Assembly: GCA_038213805.1 (NCBI GenBank)
Contig: JBBQSO010000010.1
Coordinates: 29,783-93,782 of the forward strand
Reading direction: 5' to 3'
DNA: 64,000 nt
From: Planctomycetota bacterium
Lineage (GTDB): Bacteria > Planctomycetota > UBA11346
Each line of letters begins with the position of its first letter. The first letter of the stretch is position 1. The notes beneath the pieces are model-generated. The model searched no databases. It worked only from the letters and a program-made list of their open reading frames with translations, and was not told the origin of the DNA. This document shows positions 29,016-37,058 of this stretch, piece after piece. The position numbers and the translations under genes were made by a program.

Positions 29016-30319
29016 TGGCGGACGCCGCCAACGAGGCGCTGCTGCTGGGCATCGACTGCGGCACCGGCAAGGTCGCAGTCGCGGTGCTCACCGCGTCGGG
29101 CCGCCAGCTGCACACCGCGGCAGCGCCGCACGGCGCGGAACTGGCCGTGGCGGCGGGGCGCGCCGAGCAGGATCCCGCGCGCATCCTCGCCTGCGCCGAG
29201 GGCCTGGTGCGCGCGCTGCCCGCGCCGCTGCGCGCCGGCATCGCCGCCATCGGTCTCACCGGGCAGATGCACGGCGTGCTGCTGCACGACGCCGGGGGAG
29301 TCGCGCTGACGCCGCTGGTCACCTGGCAGGACCGCCGCGCCCTGGAGGATCCCACCTTCCTGGCGTCGTGTGGGCTGCCGCTGCACGCCGGCTATGGCCT
29401 GGCCACGCTGACGTGGTGGGCGCGGCACGGCGGGCTGCCGCCGGGCGCGCGCGCCGCCACCATCCACGGCTTCCTCGCCGCGCGCTGGTGCGGACTCGAT
29501 CGCGCCCCCATCGATCCGACCGATGCCCAGGCTTGGGGCGGCCTTCTACCGCCGGCCGGCGTCCCTGCCGGACTGCTGCCAACGGTGGTTGGGCACGGTG
29601 ACCGCATCGGCACTCTCACCGGCGCTGCAGCAACTGCGCTGGGCCTGACCGCCGATCTGCCGGTGGCCGCGCCGCTCGGCGACAATCAGGCCTCGCTGCG
29701 CGCCACGCTCCGCGATCCGCAGCACGCGCTCGCCTTCACCCTCGGCACCGGCTGCCAACTCACCGCGGTGGTGCCGCGCGGCGCGGCGATCGCCCCCGGC
29801 CACGCCGAGCGCCGCCCGTTCAGCGCCACCGCAGACCTGCTGGTCGCTGCGCCCATGTGCGGCGGCGCGGCGTGGCAATGGTTGGCCGACGCCGCCGCGG
29901 GCTGGTGCATCGATCTCGGTTTCGCGGCGCCGCCGCGCGACGAGCTGTTCGCACACCTCGACCGCCTCGGGTTGGCCGCGTCCGATCGCCTTGAGTTTGC
30001 GCCACACCTTGCTGGCGAACGTCACGACGTCGCACTGACCGGCGCTCTGCGCGGCTTGACCCTCGCCAATGGGCGTCTCGGTGAGGTCGCACGGGCCCTT
30101 GCGCGTGGGCTCGCAGCCAACGCGCGCGATCTGCTGCCCGCCGCCGCGCGCGCCGGTCGCACGCAGGTGGTCGCGAGCGGCAACGCGCTGCGCCGCTCGG
30201 CGCTGCTGCGCGCGATGGCCGAGGCGGAATTCGGCATGCCGCTGGTGCTCAGCGTGTGCGTCGAAGAGGCGGCGAGCGGCGCGGCCCTGGTGGCGGGCGG
30301 CCTGGGCCTCAGCGCTTAG
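29015..30319 (+). CDS. FGGY-family carbohydrate kinase (sedoheptulokinase-like)
   Basis: LGIDCGTG, AEQDP, IGLTGQMHG, TWQDRR, LGDNQAS, GTGCQ, SGNALRR, EEAASGAA; TGATG overlap. Confidence 0.88.
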   Translation: MADAANEALLLGIDCGTGKVAVAVLTASGRQLHTAAAPHGAELAVAAGRAEQDPARILACAEGLVRALPAPLRAGIAAIGLTGQMHGVLLHDAGGVALTPLVTWQDRRALEDPTFLASCGLPLHAGYGLATLTWWARHGGLPPGARAATIHGFLAARWCGLDRAPIDPTDAQAWGGLLPPAGVPAGLLPTVVGHGDRIGTLTGAAATALGLTADLPVAAPLGDNQASLRATLRDPQHALAFTLGTGCQLTAVVPRGAAIAPGHAERRPFSATADLLVAAPMCGGAAWQWLADAAAGWCIDLGFAAPPRDELFAHLDRLGLAASDRLEFAPHLAGERHDVALTGALRGLTLANGRLGEVARALARGLAANARDLLPAAARAGRTQVVASGNALRRSALLRAMAEAEFGMPLVLSVCVEEAASGAALVAGGLGLSA

Positions 30320-30986
30320 CAGCCGCCTTCGTCTTCGGCCGCACCTTGGAACCGGACTTGCCCGCGGTGCCACGGCGCTCGCCGCGCAGCGTCGAGCGCG
30401 GTGCGGTCTTTGCCGCCGCTGCAGCGCGCCGGCGGGGCTTGGCCGCCATGGCGGGCGTCCGCTTTGCTTTGGCCTTGCTGCGCTGCGCCGGAGCGGCAGC
30501 GCTCGCACGCGCCAGCAGCGCCGCGCGCCGCTGCGCCAAGCGCTTGCCCAACACCGCGAGCTCAGCCCTGGTGAAGGCCAGGCGCGCCTTCGGGAACATG
30601 GTGTGCTCCTCCTCCTTGAAGTGGTGACGGATGCCCTCGCCCAGGACGTGCGCCTTGGCCTGCCATTGCGGCGTCCCGGTATCCATGCGGCCCAATTCGC
30701 GGATCAGCACGTCGGCGACGTGGTGCTCCTGCAGGCCTTCCTGGACGATGTCGGCGAGCGCCTCACGCTTGGCGGCGGCGGCGCGGTAGAACACCGACTC
30801 CTCTGCCTTCTGGTGCGCGGTCAGCAGCTGGCGCAGTTCGGCGAAGAGCTTCTGCCGCTTCACCCGTGCGCGGTCGCCGGTGTCCTGGATGGCCTCCAAC
30901 AGGGCGCGGGCCTTCACATGGTCGGCCTTGAGCAGGTCCAGCGGGTCGTGTGCGCCGTGCGGGATGACGAAGTCGATGAGGGCCAT
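30309..30986 (-). CDS. Hemerythrin/HHE-domain protein with Lys/Ala/Arg-rich tail
   Basis: LLKADH, HQKAEESVFY, EHH, HHFKEEEHTMFP; about 60-aa basic tail. Confidence 0.88.
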   Translation of the reverse strand: MALIDFVIPHGAHDPLDLLKADHVKARALLEAIQDTGDRARVKRQKLFAELRQLLTAHQKAEESVFYRAAAAKREALADIVQEGLQEHHVADVLIRELGRMDTGTPQWQAKAHVLGEGIRHHFKEEEHTMFPKARLAFTRAELAVLGKRLAQRRAALLARASAAAPAQRSKAKAKRTPAMAAKPRRRAAAAAKTAPRSTLRGERRGTAGKSGSKVRPKTKAAAKR

Positions 30987-31405
30987 GGGTTCCTCGCTGA
31001 TGGGGGTGGGCTCGGGCGGTGAGGGGCGATGGACGGTTCCGGCCGTCGCCGTGCATTGGTCACCCGACAAAGCGCACGCTGTGCCGATAGCGCGCCGATG
31101 GTGGGACGTGACGCTATTCCCAGACGGATGGCACATTGGCTGGCATCCGCCCGACCACCACATACTCCGCAGGCCCTCCGCAGGACGCCAACGTGGATCA
31201 TCGCCCTGCTCCGTGCACGGCGTGTCCCGATCGACCTTGCGGACTGCAATCCTCAGGCATCGCTGTCCGTGCGCCCTGGGACCGGCGACGAGTGCCGCGC
31301 ATCAGCGTTCCCGAGGTCGGTGGTGCGCGGTGCAGGGGCAACAGCCCACGAAGCGCACCGTCATCCCACGATCTGCACCCACAGCCAGCGCATCCCCTCT
31401 CCCCA

Positions 31406-34123
31406 TCACGGCGCCACCGGCCCCAGCGTGATGTCATCCAGCCACATGACGCTCGGTCCGGTCGCGTCGCTGCCGAAGCCGTACCAGGCGATCGCGGTGA
31501 AGGCCTGGTCGCAGGGCAGGTGCGCGAAACGCTGCGGCTCCGCGGCGCCGGGCAGGGTCACGGCCAGATCCCAGGTGCCGTCCGCATGATCGCCGAGCCC
31601 TGCGGTCATGGCGAAGCGCAGCCAGGCGCCGTGTGGCACTGTGAGCAGCTCGCGCCCGCCCGCGCGCAGCACGCCCGCGGCATCGATGCGCAGCGACGGG
31701 CCGGCGTGGTAGGGATTCCCCTTGGTACGCCACTCGTGGAAGAAGATCGCGCCCTCGTCCATGCGCAGGGCGAAACTGCCGGCCAAGCGGCCACTGCTGA
31801 AGGACGGTGCGTACGCGAAATGCGGGTCCCACGAGTTCTTCAAGCCGGCCGCATCGGTGATCTTCAGGCTGCGCTTACCACCGGCAGCGGTCTCGTCGCT
31901 GACGCGGATATTCGCGGCGGGCACCTTGGGATCCTCGGCGATCTGCGCGTCCGAGGGCTTCTCGCCCAGCGGGGTGTCCTCGAAATCCTCGTGGATCGGC
32001 TGCAGGGAACGCGGCGGCGGGGGCGGCGGGAACGCGGCAAAGGCCTGGTCGTGGGCGCGCGCAGCGTCGTAGACGGGCAGCCACGCGCGCAGCGCGCCGA
32101 CGGCGTGGTCGCGGCGCAGGCCACAGTCGCCCAGGGCCAGCGGCACGAAGCCGAGGCGCTCGGCGGGCGAGCCCGGCTTGAGGTGGAAGTCGCCGTGCAC
32201 CGGGTCGACGAACTGCGGATCCGCGACCAGCGAGGCGCCGTCGACGCCGCCGGCCTGCCAGTCCGCGAAGCTCTTGCCGGTGAAATCCGGCGCGGCGTCG
32301 TCGCGCCAGTAGAGGTTGTGGTCCATGGCGAAGTGCACGCCCGGCTTGTTCCAGTTGCTGCCGAGGATCGGCGCGTCGTGGGCGAGCACCACATTGTGCT
32401 CGAGGGTGAACGACAGATGGTCCTCGTCGCGCGTGCGCATCAACTGCGCCTCGCGTCCGTACGCGAACACGTTGTTGCGGATCTGGTTGTCCCGCCCGTA
32501 GTGCTGGTGGAAGCCACTCGACGAGGTGCGGTAGACCAGGTTGCCTTCCATGACGATGCCGCTGCTGCCCTCGTCGGTGTACAGTCCCCAGCCGCCGTAG
32601 CTGAACGCGGTCACGTCGTGGATGCGGTTGCCGCGCACCACCGTGCCAGGCGAGACGCCCAGGGTGTAGACGCCGCCCATGTCGCTGAGCACGCCCTGGC
32701 CGAGGCGGTCCATATGATTGGCGAGGATGCTGTTGCCGTGCGCGCCGCTGGGGCCGTAGCCCCACGTCCAGCCCACCGAGACCGCAGTGTAGTACAAGTC
32801 ATGGAAGTCGCAGTGTTCGACGACATTGTCCGCGGATTGCCCGATCCACACCCCGATCGCGCCCGGGCCGATGCGCCCGGCCCAGGCGATCACGCAGTCG
32901 CGCACGGTGAGATGATGGGTGGTCTCCTCGGCGCGCTCGCGGTGCTGCCCCTCGCCGAGCTTGATGCCACCGGCGCCGAGGTCGGCCAGGGCGCAGCCGC
33001 TGATGCGGTCGGCGCTGCAGCCGCGCCCGAGCTCGAGGCCGTAGCCACCGGTGTGCAGCACCGCGCAGCCGGTGAAGGCGCCGTCCTGCAGGCCCACGGC
33101 CTCGATCGCCGACGGCATGGTCATCTCGGCCTGGCCGTAGCTGTAGCCTTCGGGCTTCATCGCCCAGGCGCTGTGCGCGAAGGTCAGGCCGGAAAACTCC
33201 AGGTGCGTGACGAAGCGGCTCTTCTCCGGCTCCCCGACGATGCGCAGCAGATGTTCGCTGCGCGGTGCGATCACCTCGGTGCGCGCCGGGTCCTCGCCCG
33301 GGCGCGGGATGTAGGTGAGTGTGCCGGTCGGCTTGTCGAGATACCACTCGCCGGGCTGGTCGAGCGCCTCGGCGACGTTCTCGACGAGGTAGCGCCCGCC
33401 CGCGCGCAGGCCGCACCAGTCGGAGGCGCTGGTGGTGTGCCCGGTGAAAGTCACCGCGCGCTCGGGCGCGTCGACCGCGGCGACGCGGAAGCGCGACATT
33501 TGCCACTGATGGAAGGCGAGCACCTCGACGTCGCCGAGATTGCGCCAGCCCGCGTCGAGTTCGCCGGGGTTGAAGCGGAAGCGGTCATAGCCCTTGCCGG
33601 CGCTGCCCGGCGTGGGCGCGACCTCACCGGCTATTGAGTGGTAACCGTTCTTGGGCAGGCGCGGGCGATAGCGGCGCTCGCCGCCGACCCACAGCTGGTT
33701 GAAGGTCCACACACCGGCAGCCACCGTGGGCAGGTGCGCCACCCAGCGGCCGTGCGCATCGACGACGAAGCCGGTGATGCGCGTGCCGCCGCTGATGACC
33801 GGCGCAGCGCCCGGCGCGGCGGCCCAGGTGACCGGCGCGACGGCGCTGCCGGAATCCTCAGGCGTGAACACCAGCGGCTCGGCCAGCTCGTAGCGCCCTT
33901 CGTGGACCAGCACCGTGACCGGCGCCATGCGCGCGGCCGGTGGCAGCTCGCGCACCGCGCGCTGGGCGCGCTGCAGGGTGGCGAATGGGCCGTCGTGATG
34001 CGCGACGTCGGGTGCCGCCAGGGTGCCGGTCCACGCGTCGTCGCCGCCCGGTGCGACGTGGAAATCGGCCGCCCAGCCAGAGCGCAGCGGCAGGATCAGA
34101 AAGGCGAGCGCGAGCAGGCGCAT
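31406..34123 (-). CDS. Right-handed beta-helix glycoside hydrolase (GH141-like) with C-terminal beta-sandwich
   Basis: FHVAPGGDD...GPFATLQRA, EDSGS, PVISGG, LDQPGEWY, DMGGVYTLG, GLYTDEGSS. True start is ATG 34123; the longer ORF call is antisense to the esterase. Confidence 0.8.
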   Translation of the reverse strand: MRLLALAFLILPLRSGWAADFHVAPGGDDAWTGTLAAPDVAHHDGPFATLQRAQRAVRELPPAARMAPVTVLVHEGRYELAEPLVFTPEDSGSAVAPVTWAAAPGAAPVISGGTRITGFVVDAHGRWVAHLPTVAAGVWTFNQLWVGGERRYRPRLPKNGYHSIAGEVAPTPGSAGKGYDRFRFNPGELDAGWRNLGDVEVLAFHQWQMSRFRVAAVDAPERAVTFTGHTTSASDWCGLRAGGRYLVENVAEALDQPGEWYLDKPTGTLTYIPRPGEDPARTEVIAPRSEHLLRIVGEPEKSRFVTHLEFSGLTFAHSAWAMKPEGYSYGQAEMTMPSAIEAVGLQDGAFTGCAVLHTGGYGLELGRGCSADRISGCALADLGAGGIKLGEGQHRERAEETTHHLTVRDCVIAWAGRIGPGAIGVWIGQSADNVVEHCDFHDLYYTAVSVGWTWGYGPSGAHGNSILANHMDRLGQGVLSDMGGVYTLGVSPGTVVRGNRIHDVTAFSYGGWGLYTDEGSSGIVMEGNLVYRTSSSGFHQHYGRDNQIRNNVFAYGREAQLMRTRDEDHLSFTLEHNVVLAHDAPILGSNWNKPGVHFAMDHNLYWRDDAAPDFTGKSFADWQAGGVDGASLVADPQFVDPVHGDFHLKPGSPAERLGFVPLALGDCGLRRDHAVGALRAWLPVYDAARAHDQAFAAFPPPPPPRSLQPIHEDFEDTPLGEKPSDAQIAEDPKVPAANIRVSDETAAGGKRSLKITDAAGLKNSWDPHFAYAPSFSSGRLAGSFALRMDEGAIFFHEWRTKGNPYHAGPSLRIDAAGVLRAGGRELLTVPHGAWLRFAMTAGLGDHADGTWDLAVTLPGAAEPQRFAHLPCDQAFTAIAWYGFGSDATGPSVMWLDDITLGPVAP

Positions 34124-34327
34124 GTGCGGGATTTCCCAGGAGTGTTCGTAGCGACGCGGGGAGGTGTATAACCCTCCGCCCGGCCTCCGTTGAGGTAGGC
34201 TCCGTGCATACCAGCGCGCGGGAGTCCACCTCAGCGGAACTGCCTCTACAGCGTATGTCATGGTGCCGCGCCGCACTCGGCAATCGCTCGCCCCGATCGG
34301 CGCCGCCGCACCCCGCCAGGAGCCTCC

Positions 34328-35260
34328 ATGCGCCCTCTTCCGACCATCCTCGCCACCCTGCTGCTCGCAAGCGTCGCCGGCGCGGGCACCGCCGCAGATG
34401 CGACCTACGCGCCCGGTCCCGACGCGCAGCGCGTCGCCGGCGTGCCGCAGGGCACCGTGACCGCCGGCACCTGGCACAGCACCGTCTTCCCCGACACCAT
34501 GCGTCAGTACTGGGTCTATGTGCCCAAGCAGTACGACGGCAGTGCGCCGGCGGCGGTGATGGTCTTCCAGGACGGCCACGCCTACCTCGACGAGCACGGC
34601 GATTTCCGCGCGCCGATCGTCTTCGACAACCTCATCCAGCAGGGCGCGATGCCGGTCACCGTCGGCATCTTCCTCAACCCCGGCCAGAACGGCGGCAAGC
34701 TGCCCGAGAAGCCGGGCTGGGGCGGCGGCAACAACCGCAGCTTCGAGTACGACACCCTCAGCGATCAGTACGCGCGCTTCCTGGTCGACGAGATCCTGCC
34801 CGAGGTCGGCAAAACCGTGAAGCTGACCGCCGACGCGCGCAACCGCGCGATCTGCGGCATCAGCTCCGGCGGCATCTGCGCCTTCACCGTCGCCTGGCAG
34901 CGCCCGGAGGTGTTCAGCAAGGTGCTCAGCCACGTCGGCAGCTTCACCGACATCGCCTCCGGCAAGACGCGCATCGAGGGCGGCCACAACTACCCCTCGC
35001 TGATCCGCAAGGCCAAGCAGTTCGACCACCTGGTCAAGCCCATCCGCGTCTTCCTGCAGGACGGCGAGAAGGACCTCGACAACGAGCACGGCAACTGGTT
35101 CCTCGCCAACCAGGAGATGGCCGCGGCACTGAAGTGGGCCGGCTACGACTACAAGTCGGAATGGGGCACCGAAGGCCACAACGGCAAGCACGGCGGCGCC
35201 ATCATGCCCGACAGCCTGCGTTGGCTGTGGCGGGACTGGAAGGATGCGGCAGGCAAGTAA
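34328..35260 (+). CDS. Secreted enterochelin-esterase-like (CE1-like) alpha/beta hydrolase
   Basis: YWVYVPKQYD, VMVFQDG, NRSFEYD, GISSGG nucleophile, LSHVGSF, LQDGEKD, EGHNGKH; GGAG RBS. Confidence 0.92.
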   Translation: MRPLPTILATLLLASVAGAGTAADATYAPGPDAQRVAGVPQGTVTAGTWHSTVFPDTMRQYWVYVPKQYDGSAPAAVMVFQDGHAYLDEHGDFRAPIVFDNLIQQGAMPVTVGIFLNPGQNGGKLPEKPGWGGGNNRSFEYDTLSDQYARFLVDEILPEVGKTVKLTADARNRAICGISSGGICAFTVAWQRPEVFSKVLSHVGSFTDIASGKTRIEGGHNYPSLIRKAKQFDHLVKPIRVFLQDGEKDLDNEHGNWFLANQEMAAALKWAGYDYKSEWGTEGHNGKHGGAIMPDSLRWLWRDWKDAAGK

Positions 35261-35277
35261 GGGCGACCACTTGTCGG

Positions 35278-35312
35278 GCGCAGCTCTGGTCTCACCGAGA
35301 CCAGAGCTGCGC
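35278..35312. repeat. Perfect 16-bp palindromic hairpin (REP-like or terminator)
   Basis: GCGCAGCTCTGGTCTC-ACC-GAGACCAGAGCTGCGC. Confidence 0.85.
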
Positions 35313-35699
35313 TCACTGACAGTGGGACTTCAGGGTCCTTCGACAGCGCAGACCAAGACCTGCATGAGGTGTAAGAGCCCGTTCCGCCGTGGACGCGAAC
35401 CGCACCGAGCGGTCCGCACCTTGCGCATTCCGGGTCGGCGCCGCGCCCCGCGCGCGCCAAACCGCTCCACGCCTTGCCCTCCAGTGAGACTTTTGCCGCC
35501 ACCAGCGACCCCCTATCGTCTGCCGGTCCGGGCCACAATCGCCCACTCGCCCGTACGATAGCGATGGCGCAGGCCTGCGAACTGAGTTGCCGCCGGATAC
35601 TCCTGCGCAGTGCCGTCGTTCGCCGGCCATGAGGTTGGACCTCATCGGTCTCAGGCGCCCCTCCCCCTGCGCACCAGTCCACATACGTGCCATGGCCTG

Positions 35700-36568
35700 G
35701 CCGATACAATTCCGCTCACGCTGGTAGTTGGAAGCAGGCCGCAGCTCCTGCGCGTTCCACATTGCGCGTCCCCGCCTCCGCTCGATGCCGCCTCACCGGC
35801 AGCGCCAGCCTGGCTCTCTGCAGCCCTGGTCCCGGGCCTGACCCGAGCGATCACCCGCGACCCCGTCGTGGGTCAGGTCGTCCCGCCCACCCAGGTCCGC
35901 TTGCTGTGGGACGACCAGGCCCTCTACATCCGTTTTGATTGCGAGGATCGCGATCTCTACCTGCCCTTCGCCACGCACGATGCCCCGCTCTATGAGGGCG
36001 ATTTCGCCGAGGCCTTTCTCGACCCAGTCGGCGACGTTCAGCAATGGTTGAGATCCAGATCGCGCCGAACCATGCCTTCTTCGACCTGAACACGGTGCTC
36101 ACCGCGCCGCCGCGCAGCGATGCCGACGGAAAACTGCTCAGCGAGGTGCTGACGACCGACTGGTGGCCCATGCTCGGCTACGAAATGGTGGGCCTGCGCA
36201 CCGCCGCGCGCATCCGTCCTGGCGGCTGGACGGTCGAGGTTGCCATCCCAGCCAAGGCCGCCGCCAGACGGCTCGGCGTCGCGACGTGGGCGGCCGGGCA
36301 GCAGCTGCATGCCAACTTCGTCCGCTGTGATACCGACACGCCGGGCGCCGACGGCAAGCACTCCTTCGAGCCCTTCACTTGGGCGCTGGTGATGCATGGA
36401 TACCCGCACATCTCACCGCAAGCGATGGGGGTGCTGGAGTTGGTCGAAGCATTGGAGGAAACGGTTAGTGAAATTTCCCGCGACCGAAGTTTCTCAAAAA
36501 TGCTGCCACCCGTCTCTCGCACGCGCGGCACTCCTGGGTGGGCCTTCTTCTCCTCGGTCACGGGATAG
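35700..36568 (+). pseudogene. Frameshifted CBM9-like protein, paralog of 55761-56600
   Basis: ORF 35610-36089 (LLWDDQALYIRF..EGDFAEAFLDPVGDVQQW) continues in another frame as EIQIAP..PHISPQAMG. One base is missing near 36047-36050; start unclear. Confidence 0.75.
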
Positions 36569-36860
36569 GCGCGCGGTTCCAGGTTCCTGATGTTCGGCGT
36601 TACGTTCCAGGGCAAGGGTGGCGCTGATGCGCTCGGCCTACACGTGGAATCCTCAACGCGCGCTTGCCGTCGAAGCCCCAGGGCGTGACCTGCTGCTGGA
36701 CCGTGCCACCGCGCCCTGCCCGCCAACGTGCACGAGTGAGAAGTATAAACGATCAACCCCGGCGCCGATGGTGAAGCGCCTGAGATCCCGCCCCCGGCCG
36801 CGCCCGTAGCGCGGCGCAGGACGGCACCGTTCCATGCCCAGGGTCAGTCCACTCCACATG

Positions 36861-36881
36861 TTGCAATTGCACCAATTGCAA
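36861..36881. promoter_or_regulatory. Perfect inverted repeat, candidate regulator site
   Basis: TTGCAATTG-CAC-CAATTGCAA, ~175 bp upstream of the DUF1592 gene. Confidence 0.5.
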
Positions 36882-37058
36882 TCGTTTGCGCATGTTCTTG
36901 CCTGCGACCTCGCGAATAATGGCGCCGCTGAGATCCAGTTACGCGTTTGTGATCACCGACTGGAGTGAAATCCCCGGATGGCGACGCGCATAGAAGGTAC
37001 CTTGCCCCATCCCGCGGCGGGCAGGATTCCGCCGCAGCGCACAGGGCAGGTCATCCAT
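36880..37058 (+). repeat. Non-coding element copy A (diverged direct repeat of 52016-52195)
   Basis: Hand alignment: 140/180 identical columns, one gap. Confidence 0.9.

Noticed and set aside
31136..35191. 833-aa plus ORF and the N-terminal 355 aa of the 1261-aa minus ORF
   Set aside because: Shadows of the beta-helix gene and the esterase; the real signal peptide starts at 34123.
36040..36055. Programmed -1 frameshift in the CBM9-like gene
   Set aside because: No X XXY YYZ slippery site; a simple 1-bp loss explains it.
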